From: Methylacidiphilum caldifontis
GTDB lineage: Bacteria > Verrucomicrobiota > Verrucomicrobiia > Methylacidiphilales > CAMAQI01
Length of the DNA: 64,000 nucleotides
Direction: 5' to 3'
NCBI GenBank assembly: GCA_945877805.1
Contig: CAMCSM010000002.1
Location: 2,650 to 66,649, forward strand
Positions 1 to 7,747 of this stretch are shown piece by piece; positions within the stretch are counted from its first letter, which is position 1, and every line of letters starts with the position of its first letter. The notes beneath the pieces are model-generated. The model had not been told where the DNA came from and searched no databases. It saw only the letters and a list, made by a program, of their open reading frames with translations. The position numbers and the translations under genes were made by a program.

Positions 1-13
1 AATTGATCTATTC

Positions 14-643
14 ATGGTTTCTATTCCATGTCCCTCATGTGGTGCGCAGGTAAAGCTTCAGAGCAATCTTTCGGTTTTTGCTGTCTGTTCCTATTGCCAG
101 TCCTCGTTAGTTCGCAACGATCTCGACATTGAGAGTCTCGGTAAAATGAGTTTGCCGTTGAACGACGTGAGTCCTCTGCAGTTAGGAACCGAAGGAGTTT
201 ATCAAGGAAAACATTTCACCTTGATTGGTCGCGTCAAAAAAAAATGGAGCGATGGTTATTGGAATGAGTGGTATGCTTGGTTTGACTCAGGGGAAGCAGG
301 ATGGATTGCTGAGGCTCAAGGTTTCTATTCCATCTGCTTTGAGGTTGCTCACGAAGATTCCATTTTAAAAATAACGAATCTAAGACCGGGACAGCTTTAT
401 TCATTTTTGGAGATCGACTTTTACGTTGCCGACATCAAGAAAAATCATATTGAGTTTGCTGAGGGGGAGCTTCCGTATGTCGGACGAGCTGGAGTCGATT
501 CTGTTAGTATTGATTTGAATGCCGATGTAAATCAATTTGCTTGTATTGATCAGTCTGAAGCCAAAACCGTCTTTTATCGCGGTTTTTATCTGACATTCCC
601 AGAGTTTAAGTTTCAACGTCTTCGCGAAATCGAGGGATGGTAA
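14..643 (+). CDS. DUF4178-like protein with N-terminal zinc ribbon
   Basis: ATG ORF. It has a four-Cys ribbon (CPSC...CSYC). The core GKHFTLIGRVKKKWSDGYWNEWYAWFDSGEAGWI matches my recollection of the DUF4178 signature. Only a 3-nt gap separates it from the next gene. Confidence 0.65.
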   Translation: MVSIPCPSCGAQVKLQSNLSVFAVCSYCQSSLVRNDLDIESLGKMSLPLNDVSPLQLGTEGVYQGKHFTLIGRVKKKWSDGYWNEWYAWFDSGEAGWIAEAQGFYSICFEVAHEDSILKITNLRPGQLYSFLEIDFYVADIKKNHIEFAEGELPYVGRAGVDSVSIDLNADVNQFACIDQSEAKTVFYRGFYLTFPEFKFQRLREIEGW

Positions 644-646
644 GTT

Positions 647-1981
647 ATGGCAGCAGGAAAACTTCTATCCAATTTTCAATGCCCGAATTGCGGTTCTGCG
701 GTCTCTTTGAGAGCGACAGGGATATCCCTCTCCGTTTCATGTAAAAACTGTCGTTCAATCATCGGAGTTGAAAATGAAAATTATAAAATCCTGAGCCAGT
801 TTGAAGCTTCAAAAACCGTCACACCTCTTATTCCTATAGGTACTCGAGGGGAAATTGAAAGCATTCTATTTGAGGTGATCGGATTTTTGGAGAGAACCGA
901 TCATCTCGGTTATCATCCCTGGCGAGAATATCTTCTTTTTAATCCCTATCACGGGTTCCGCTGGTTAGTCGAGGCTAAGGGGCACTGGTCATATGTGACA
1001 ATGATCAAGAAAACTGTTTTTCAGAAGAATTCTAGTGGTGAAATTGATTATCAAGGTCGCTCCTATTCATTATTTGATGAGGGGTCGGCAAAAGTTCGCT
1101 ATGTTTGGGGGGAATTCTATTGGAGAATTAAGAGAAATCAGGAGCTCGTCACAAAGGATTATGTTTCTCCTCCTTACATGCTTTCACTCGAACAAGAAAA
1201 TAGTGAGATTGTCTGGTCTCAAGCAATTTATCAAAAAGCTGAATTCATTCAAAAGACATTTAACATTCAACAAGTGATGCCGTATTCTATTGGGATTGCC
1301 CCTCATCAGCCCTGTTTTTGGGGGACGGTTTGGGATGAGGTCAAATGGGTCTCACTCTGTTTTTTGATTGTTTTAACTCTCATTCACTGTTTTTTAAATT
1401 CTCTCAATACTCAAAGCCTCTCTCATACTCAATCAGCGACTTATATCGCTCTTCCGAAAGGGGCCGTTCCTTCAAAGGGGGCCTTCGGGATTCAGCCCAT
1501 AAGAGAAAAGGATGTGTTAAATTCTGAAATTGAGACCCCAACCTTCGAGTTAAAAAATAATTTTACGGGCTTAGAAGTTGGACTTTGGGCCGATATCTCC
1601 AACGCTTGGGTCGCCTCAACTTTTGAGCTGGTTAACTGTGATACTGACGAAACAATTCCTCTTGAATCAGAAGTGGCTAATTATAACGGTTACGACAGTG
1701 ATGGCTATTGGTCAGAGGGCAGCAATCGAGTCTCTAATACCATCTCTTCGGTTCCTAAAGGCAGGTATTTTCTTCGTGCGGATATTGACGCAGATCCGGC
1801 TTTAAAGAAATTTGATTACCAAATTATGATCAAAGATGGCATTATTCCTCTTTTTAATCTCATTCTTGCGCTTTTTCTCGTTCTTTGTATTCCGATTTTT
1901 GCTTATTGGAGAAAATGGTCTTTTGAAGTGGAACGTTGGTCAGAAAGCGATTACTCTCCCTTCTCAACTGGAGAAGATTAA
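647..1981 (+). CDS. DUF4178-like protein, zinc-ribbon N-terminus, C-terminal membrane segments
   Basis: CPNCGS...CKNC ribbon. The DUF4178-like core is ILFEVIGFLERTDHLGYHPWREYLLFNPYHGFRWLVEAKGHW. Hydrophobic helices WVSLCFLIVLTLIHCFL and IIPLFNLILALFLVLCIPIFAYW. Confidence 0.65.
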   Translation: MAAGKLLSNFQCPNCGSAVSLRATGISLSVSCKNCRSIIGVENENYKILSQFEASKTVTPLIPIGTRGEIESILFEVIGFLERTDHLGYHPWREYLLFNPYHGFRWLVEAKGHWSYVTMIKKTVFQKNSSGEIDYQGRSYSLFDEGSAKVRYVWGEFYWRIKRNQELVTKDYVSPPYMLSLEQENSEIVWSQAIYQKAEFIQKTFNIQQVMPYSIGIAPHQPCFWGTVWDEVKWVSLCFLIVLTLIHCFLNSLNTQSLSHTQSATYIALPKGAVPSKGAFGIQPIREKDVLNSEIETPTFELKNNFTGLEVGLWADISNAWVASTFELVNCDTDETIPLESEVANYNGYDSDGYWSEGSNRVSNTISSVPKGRYFLRADIDADPALKKFDYQIMIKDGIIPLFNLILALFLVLCIPIFAYWRKWSFEVERWSESDYSPFSTGED

Positions 1982-1983
1982 CA

Positions 1984-2118
1984 ATGAAGACCTATATTGC
2001 CTACTGTTTGCTCATCAGCTTTGGACTGTGGTATATCGATAGCCACGGTGTTAATTTTTTATCCTCAAATTCAGCGGCGAAGCGCGGCATGAATCAACCT
2101 CAACCTCACCACAAATAA
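1984..2118 (+). CDS. small single-TM protein (hypothetical)
   Basis: An internal ATG of the 1936..2118 ORF lies 2 nt after the preceding TAA stop. Product is MKTYIAYCLLISFGLWYI... with one hydrophobic helix and a basic, His-containing tail. Support is operon packing only. Confidence 0.3.
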   Translation: MKTYIAYCLLISFGLWYIDSHGVNFLSSNSAAKRGMNQPQPHHK

Positions 2119-2129
2119 AAAGGGCCCTT

Positions 2130-2348
2130 ATGGAATCATTCTTCACACTCAAAACAATCGGTGCATCGATCTTTTATTCCGTTCTTGGAATTGGGATTTT
2201 TATCCTCGGATTTATCGGGTTTGATAAATTCACCCCTTACAATCTTTGGAAAGAGATCGTGGAAGAAAAAAACATTGCTCTCGCCATTATTGTTGGGGCG
2301 GTTGCTATTGGAATCTCCTTGATTATCTCTTCGGCTATTCACGGTTAA
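2130..2348 (+). CDS. DUF350 (YjfL-like) small membrane protein
   Basis: 72 aa with two or three TM helices. FILGFIGFDKFTPYNLWKEIVEEKNIALAIIVGAVAIGISLII is typical of DUF350. Confidence 0.7.
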   Translation: MESFFTLKTIGASIFYSVLGIGIFILGFIGFDKFTPYNLWKEIVEEKNIALAIIVGAVAIGISLIISSAIHG

Positions 2349-2355
2349 TTTTTTC

Positions 2356-3852
2356 ATGCAATTCTTACTTTTGGCCTCGGCCTTTGTCGTCGCCACATGT
2401 GGTCTGATTTACGAGCTGATCGCAGGAACTCTTGCGAGCTATCTTCTCGGTGACTCGGTGACGCAGTTTTCTACGATTATCGGGGTTTACCTCTTTTCAA
2501 TGGGAATCGGAGCCTATCTCTCTCGTTTCTTTAATCGAAATTTGATACGTGTTTTTATTCAGGTTGAGTTTCTAATCGGTATCATTGGTGGATCTCTCGG
2601 AGCGGTCCTTTTTCTTCTTTTTCCATGGATCGAACATTTTAGGGTAGCCCTTTATGCCTTGGTCTCTATTGTCGGAATTTTTGTCGGGCTTGAGATCCCT
2701 CTGCTTTTGAGAATTCTTCAAGATCGTTTTGAGTTCAAAGAATTAGTTTCAAAGGTTTTAACCTTCGACTATATCGGAGCTCTCGTTGCCTCACTTCTTT
2801 TTCCATTAGTTCTTGTTCCTCAAATCGGGCTTATTCGCACGGGGTTTCTTTTTGGAGCTTTCAATGTTTTCGTTGCTCTTCTTAGTCTTTATATTTTTAA
2901 AAAAGAATTAAAGTGGGTCGTCTCGCTTAAGGTCACCGGATTTTTCTGTCTTACGGCTCTCATTGCAGGTTTTTTTCTTTCTGAAAAAATTACCTCTTAC
3001 GCTGAGCAATCGCAGTATCCAAGTCGCATCATCTATTCAAAATCGACTCCTTATCAGAGAATTGTCGTGACTGAAAATCATCAGGATTACCGGCTCTTTC
3101 TGAATAGCAATCTTCAGTTTAGTTCCAAAGATGAATATCGCTATCATGAAGCGCTTGTTCACCCTGCTGTCTCGGGGGTAAAATCACCTTGCCATGCTCT
3201 TGTGCTGGGAGGAGGGGATGGAATGGCGGTTCGCGAGCTCTTAAAATGGGAGTCTATTGAGAAAATTACTTTGGTTGATCTTGATCCAGAAATGACACAA
3301 CTTTTTTCAAGTAAAAATATCCTTAGAGAGCTCAATCAAAACGCTCTCTTGTCCCCGAAACTTCAAATCATCAACGCAGATGCCTTCACTTGGCTTAAAT
3401 CGAATCAAAGCTCGTTTGATATTGTCGTTCTCGATTTTCCAGACCCTTCGAATTATTCGTTGAGCAAGCTTTTTACAACGTCGTTTTTTAAAATTCTTTA
3501 TGAACGGCTTACTCCAGGAGGGGCGATAGCGATCCAATGTACCTCTCCTCTCGTTGCGCGAAAATCGTTCTGGTGCATTGATGCGACACTTAAAAGCGTG
3601 GGATTTATGACGACTCCCTATCACGCTTATGTTCCCTCCTTTGGGGAATGGGGATTCATCATCGCTTCTCATCAGCCCTTTCAGATCGTTAAACCGTTTT
3701 GTCCCAATCTTAGATTCGTTTCAGAAAAGTCATTTGCTTCGATGCTTCAATTTCCTGATGATATGAGCTCTATTCCTGTTAAAATAAACACGCTTAACAA
3801 TCATTGCTTAGTTCAGTATTTCGAAAGCGAGTGGTCGGAGTATTCACACTGA
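2356..3852 (+). CDS. speE: membrane-fused polyamine aminopropyltransferase (spermidine synthase-like)
   Basis: About 220 N-terminal residues of TM helices, followed by a SpeE fold with the motifs LVLGGGDGMAVRELLKW, LVDLDPEM and VLDFPDPSN. Confidence 0.85.
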   Translation: MQFLLLASAFVVATCGLIYELIAGTLASYLLGDSVTQFSTIIGVYLFSMGIGAYLSRFFNRNLIRVFIQVEFLIGIIGGSLGAVLFLLFPWIEHFRVALYALVSIVGIFVGLEIPLLLRILQDRFEFKELVSKVLTFDYIGALVASLLFPLVLVPQIGLIRTGFLFGAFNVFVALLSLYIFKKELKWVVSLKVTGFFCLTALIAGFFLSEKITSYAEQSQYPSRIIYSKSTPYQRIVVTENHQDYRLFLNSNLQFSSKDEYRYHEALVHPAVSGVKSPCHALVLGGGDGMAVRELLKWESIEKITLVDLDPEMTQLFSSKNILRELNQNALLSPKLQIINADAFTWLKSNQSSFDIVVLDFPDPSNYSLSKLFTTSFFKILYERLTPGGAIAIQCTSPLVARKSFWCIDATLKSVGFMTTPYHAYVPSFGEWGFIIASHQPFQIVKPFCPNLRFVSEKSFASMLQFPDDMSSIPVKINTLNNHCLVQYFESEWSEYSH

Positions 3853-3854
3853 AT

Positions 3855-5492
3855 ATGAATTCCTTTTTTTCGCGCAGGAGTTTTTTGAAGTTAGGGGCCG
3901 CTGGCATGGCCTCCTCCGCATGGGGAGGATGTTTCTCAAGTCCGAAGCCTATTCCTGGGAAAATTTTAGGAGCCTCGGTTAAAGTGGGGCATCTACTCCG
4001 CTCCGGTTCGTTTCCCATTCCGGAAGAGATTGGAGAAAAATCAGTGGTCATTGTTGGGGGTGGAATCGCGGGATTAAGTGCCGGATGGAAACTGCAAAAA
4101 GCTGGCTTTACCGATTTCACTCTTTTAGAGCTTGAAAACGAAGTGGGAGGGAATTCTCAATCGGGAGGAAACGACTATTCCGCTTATCCTTGGGGAGCCC
4201 ATTATCTCCCGATTCCAAATCCAGAATCTGCTTATGTTCGGGAGTTGCTTGAGGATCTTCATTTAATCGAAGGTTATGATTCAAATCATCTGCCGATTTA
4301 TGACGAGTACTCCCTTTGTCATCCTCCTCAAGATCGACTCTTTATCCATGGGCGTTGGCAGGATGGAATTGAGCCGAAGTCCTCACTTAGCGCAGAGGAT
4401 AAGCTTCAGTTTGAGCGGTTTTGGAAAATCGTAGACCGATTTAAGAAAGCAAAAGGATCGGATGGAAAGCGTGCTTTTGCGATTCCTCTTGTCCTGAGCT
4501 CCCGTGATCAACGGTTCTTAGCTCTCGATAAAATGAGCGCAGCACAGTTTTTAAGTGCCGAGCAGCTAAACTCTAAATATCTGATCTGGTATTTAAATTA
4601 TTGTTGCAAAGATGATTATGGTGCGACGATTGAAACAGTTTCCGCATGGGCCGCGATTCATTATTTTGCATCGAGAATCGGAGTAGGAGCTAATGCAGGG
4701 CCACAATCAGTGCTTACGTGGCCTGAGGGAAACGGACATCTTGTTGAGGCGTTGCGCGCAAAAATATCCCCCCATATTCATACCGGATCACTCGTCTATT
4801 CGATTGACTCACAACCGGATTTTTCACACGTCGACTTCTTCGATCTTGCTACGCAAAGAAGCTTTCGCATCCGAGCCCAAAATGTGATCTTTGCCGCACC
4901 CCGATTTATCGCCCAACAGACGATTCCAAAACTCCCTCGTATTCAAGGAGGAAAATATAGTCCGTGGATGATCGCTAACATTACCCTCAAGCAGCTTCCA
5001 GCGGAGATCATGGACTCTTTTTCTTGGGATAATGTCATTTATGAGAGTGAATCCCTCGGTTACGTCGTTGCCACCCATCAGCGTTTGGATCGTCTGCTTC
5101 GAGGAACCGTTCTGACTTACTATTGCCCCCTTGTAGATCCTGATATTTCTAAAAGCCGTAAAATGTTATTGGAACGAACCCATGAAGAGTGGGTCGACCT
5201 CATTCTGAAAGATCTTCAACGACCGCATCCTTCCATACGTCAATACATTGAAAATATCGATCTATGGCGTTGGGGGCATGGGATGATTATTCCAACTCCG
5301 GGTTATATCTGGGGAGAAACACAACAAGATCGACTTCGAACTTTTCAAAAAATACATTTTGCTCACTCAGATATGAGTGGGATCTCTATTTTTGAAGAGG
5401 CTCAATATCACGGAGTCCAAGCTGCCGAATCGATTCTACGAAACTTAAAAACAACTCATCACACACAGAACGCATATGAATTTCCCATTTAA
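3855..5492 (+). CDS. Tat-signal FAD-dependent amine oxidase-like oxidoreductase
   Basis: I chose the internal ATG that gives MNSFFSRRSFLKLGAAG (twin-arginine motif), followed by AWGGC. Dinucleotide-binding motif VVIVGGGIAGLSAG. The C-terminal FAHSDMSG..FEEAQYHG is typical of the flavin amine oxidase/NAD(P)-binding family. Confidence 0.75.
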   Translation: MNSFFSRRSFLKLGAAGMASSAWGGCFSSPKPIPGKILGASVKVGHLLRSGSFPIPEEIGEKSVVIVGGGIAGLSAGWKLQKAGFTDFTLLELENEVGGNSQSGGNDYSAYPWGAHYLPIPNPESAYVRELLEDLHLIEGYDSNHLPIYDEYSLCHPPQDRLFIHGRWQDGIEPKSSLSAEDKLQFERFWKIVDRFKKAKGSDGKRAFAIPLVLSSRDQRFLALDKMSAAQFLSAEQLNSKYLIWYLNYCCKDDYGATIETVSAWAAIHYFASRIGVGANAGPQSVLTWPEGNGHLVEALRAKISPHIHTGSLVYSIDSQPDFSHVDFFDLATQRSFRIRAQNVIFAAPRFIAQQTIPKLPRIQGGKYSPWMIANITLKQLPAEIMDSFSWDNVIYESESLGYVVATHQRLDRLLRGTVLTYYCPLVDPDISKSRKMLLERTHEEWVDLILKDLQRPHPSIRQYIENIDLWRWGHGMIIPTPGYIWGETQQDRLRTFQKIHFAHSDMSGISIFEEAQYHGVQAAESILRNLKTTHHTQNAYEFPI

Positions 5493-5859
5493 AGGGCGAC
5501 ATCTTCTCGTTACTTTTTACGACTGTAGTCTCTCCGCGCTCCTTGATGTCGAAACCCTTCAGAAACAACTCGAATTTTCGGCAAAGTGCGCAGGAGCCAA
5601 TCAGCTCGATCTAGCAATTCATCCTTTTCCAAATGGAGGATATACCTCTGTCCTCCTTCTTTCAGAAAGTCATGTGAGTATTCATACCTATCCCGAGCAT
5701 CGGTCTTGCTTTATGGACTTCTTTACGTGTGGGGAAAATGCCGATGGATCCCTTTTTTTTAAATTGATGCACGATTATTTAAAGCCAGAAAAAGTCGATC
5801 AAATGACAATACAACGGGGTTCTGGTTCCTTCCCGTTTGAAGGGGCATTGGATTTTTAG
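5476..5859 (+). CDS. speD: S-adenosylmethionine decarboxylase proenzyme (pyruvoyl, small bacterial class)
   Basis: GRHLLVTFYDC and LLLSESHVSIHTYPE (Glu-Ser self-cleavage site motif). It overlaps the upstream gene by 17 nt. Confidence 0.85.
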   Translation: MNFPFKGRHLLVTFYDCSLSALLDVETLQKQLEFSAKCAGANQLDLAIHPFPNGGYTSVLLLSESHVSIHTYPEHRSCFMDFFTCGENADGSLFFKLMHDYLKPEKVDQMTIQRGSGSFPFEGALDF

Positions 5860-5860
5860 G

Positions 5861-5930
5861 TTTAAATGGATTTAGGCTATCCAGCTTTCCAGCTTTCCAG
5901 CTTTTCAGCTAATGGGCTAATGGGCTATCC
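5861..5930 (+). repeat. intergenic repeat element: 22-nt head, octamer tandem repeats, GGCTATCC ends
   Basis: Head tttaaatggatttaggctatcc, then (ccagcttt)x3 at 5881-5904 and (aatgggct)x2 at 5911-5926, bounded by ggctatcc at 5875-5882 and 5923-5930. The head recurs 21/22 in reverse complement at 21791-21812. Confidence 0.6.
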
Positions 5931-6030
5931 AAAATGAATTATTAAAACAGTTAATATAATATGTGTTATCAATTAATTACTAATTATCGCATATTATTTT
6001 ACTTTTTAAATTTTAGAGTAGCTTCGTTAG

Positions 6031-6324
6031 ATGGCAATGTTTTTGGAGGATTATCTAAAATTAATGGGTCAACGATTTAAGGAGCTTCGGCTCGAGCGTG
6101 GCTATACGCAGCAAGAGATGTGCAAGAGAGCTGGAATTAAATTTGCGACGTACCAGATTTTTGAAAGAACCGGCAAAATATCGTTGGGGCGCTTTTATAA
6201 AATCGCCTCCGTGATTCATCGACAACAGGAATTGGAGGAGTTATTTAAACCGCTTCCGATTCAGTCTATTGCTCAATTAGTGGAGGTCAGACAGCGGCAA
6301 AGAGGACGTAGGAGGGTCAAATGA
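6031..6324 (+). CDS. XRE-family HTH antitoxin (HipB-like)
   Basis: The HTH is LRLERGYTQQEMCKRAGIKFATYQIFERTG. Its stop overlaps the start of the HipA-like remnant by 4 nt. Confidence 0.65.
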   Translation: MAMFLEDYLKLMGQRFKELRLERGYTQQEMCKRAGIKFATYQIFERTGKISLGRFYKIASVIHRQQELEELFKPLPIQSIAQLVEVRQRQRGRRRVK

Positions 6325-6880
6325 TTATTGAAGTCAGGATGGGAGAAAAAACAGTCGGACGATTGGCAGAGGATCTTCAGACAGGGCAGATTTATTTTCA
6401 ATATGAAAATGAATGGATGCAGAGCGGCGTCAATATTTCCCCCTTTCATCTGGAATTTTATACGATTGCACAAAGACATCTGAACGAAAAGTTTCATGGA
6501 TTACACGGGGTATTTGCGAATCAGCAAAGAAGGAACGAGTCCTTTTCGGAATAAAAAGATTTGATCGTCACGAGGGAAAAAAGATTCATATGCACTCTCT
6601 TTCCGGACTATTGCATATCAGCCATCAGGAGTTATCGATTTCCTACGAGGATTTTATTTTAAGAGGGGTGGAGCTGACGGAAAATCATGAAACCGCAAAA
6701 GAAATTTTCAGACGGTGTGTATTTAACAGAATTGTCGGAAATTGTGATGATCACGCAAAAAATTTCGCATTCCTTCTCAAAGGGAAAGAGTGGATTCTCT
6801 CACCCTCCATCTCTTGTGCTCCATGTCCAGTTTAGGGCGAATACCGATGGCTTGAAGCTGCTTAATAAAAGCAAGTTTAA
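6321..6880 (+). pseudogene. hipA-like kinase toxin remnant (internally deleted, frameshifted)
   Basis: Frame 1 gives a HipA N-terminal-like sequence, MIIEVRMGEKTVGRLAED..IYFQYENEWMQSGVNISPF. A second frame gives RFDRHEGKKIHMH...FNRIVGNCDDHAKNFAFLLKGKEWILSP (HipA C-terminal catalytic motif). A further frameshift follows ILSP. The total is far shorter than intact HipA. Confidence 0.6.
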
Positions 6881-6895
6881 AAAAATTGCTCTTAT

Positions 6896-6924
6896 TTGAC
6901 AATATCATTGGCAAGCGTTATTTT
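6896..6924 (+). promoter_or_regulatory. candidate sigma70-type promoter upstream of actA
   Basis: TTGACA at 6896-6901, a 17-nt spacer, then TATTTT at 6919-6924. It lies about 140 nt upstream of the actA start. Confidence 0.3.
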
Positions 6925-7063
6925 GTTATTTTTTAGCGTATTTTTGTGGAAAAAAGGTTGCCAGAATCGATTGTGTTGCATAAACAAAAAGGGCTCATGA
7001 GTTATTCGCAATATCAAATTTCGTATTCCTTCATCGGAAAAGCTTTCATCAAGGGGTTGCTCC

Positions 7064-7723
7064 ATGGCTAATCTATTTCCTAAAGAATCAAATATTGTCC
7101 CAATCAAAATTATCCTCTGTAAGATCATTACGGTGATTATGATCGTTTTGGGGATTACTTATTATTTCACTCCGAAGTACACCCGAGTCGGCTATAAACC
7201 TACTCAGCCGGTGGCCTTCGATCACTCCCTTCACGCTGGGCAACTCGGTTTGGATTGTCGCTATTGTCATAGCTTCGGAACGGTAAGCTCTCATTCTAAT
7301 GTTCCGACGACTCAAACTTGTATGAATTGTCACCGTCAGGTGAAATCAAACAGTCCTAAGCTCGCCCCGCTTCGCGAAAGCTGGGAGACGGGGAAGCCGA
7401 TGAAGTGGATCAAAATCCATCAAGCTCCTGATTATGTTTATTTCAATCACTCTGCTCACTTAAACCGTGGAATTAGCTGCGCAAGCTGTCACGGGAAGGT
7501 CAATGAGATGGAGGTTGTCTGGCACGATAAACCGCACAGCATGGGCTGGTGTTTAGAGTGTCATCGTAATCCTGAGTACCATATTCGTCCGCAAGAAGAG
7601 GTCTTTAATTTAAATTGGAAAGCCGGAGACGGCAGTACCAAAGCCCAAGTTGAACAAGGCCGTGAACTTGTCAAAAAGTGGGGTGTTAGTCCTCCTCAAA
7701 ACTGTCAAGCCTGTCACCGCTAA
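7064..7723 (+). CDS. actA: alternative complex III subunit ActA (pentaheme cytochrome c)
   Basis: N-terminal TM anchor and five CxxCH motifs (CRYCH, CMNCH, CASCH, CLECH, CQACH). It is the first gene of the act cluster. Confidence 0.9.
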   Translation: MANLFPKESNIVPIKIILCKIITVIMIVLGITYYFTPKYTRVGYKPTQPVAFDHSLHAGQLGLDCRYCHSFGTVSSHSNVPTTQTCMNCHRQVKSNSPKLAPLRESWETGKPMKWIKIHQAPDYVYFNHSAHLNRGISCASCHGKVNEMEVVWHDKPHSMGWCLECHRNPEYHIRPQEEVFNLNWKAGDGSTKAQVEQGRELVKKWGVSPPQNCQACHR

Positions 7724-7747
7724 ATCAATTTAAAGAGGTTCCTGATC

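Noticed and set aside
3804-3854. Upstream extension of the FAD oxidoreductase ORF
   Set aside because: It overlaps the speE 3' end. The internal ATG at 3855 yields a canonical twin-arginine signal peptide right at the N-terminus.
5881-5926. Octamer tandem repeats considered as a possible CRISPR or minisatellite
   Set aside because: The units are 8 nt with no spacers, so this is not CRISPR architecture. It is kept only as part of the intergenic repeat element.
6413-6835. 140-aa ORF as an intact small kinase gene
   Set aside because: It contains only the HipA C-terminal catalytic block, starts in the middle of the domain and overlaps the N-terminal fragment in another frame. I treated it as part of a hipA pseudogene.
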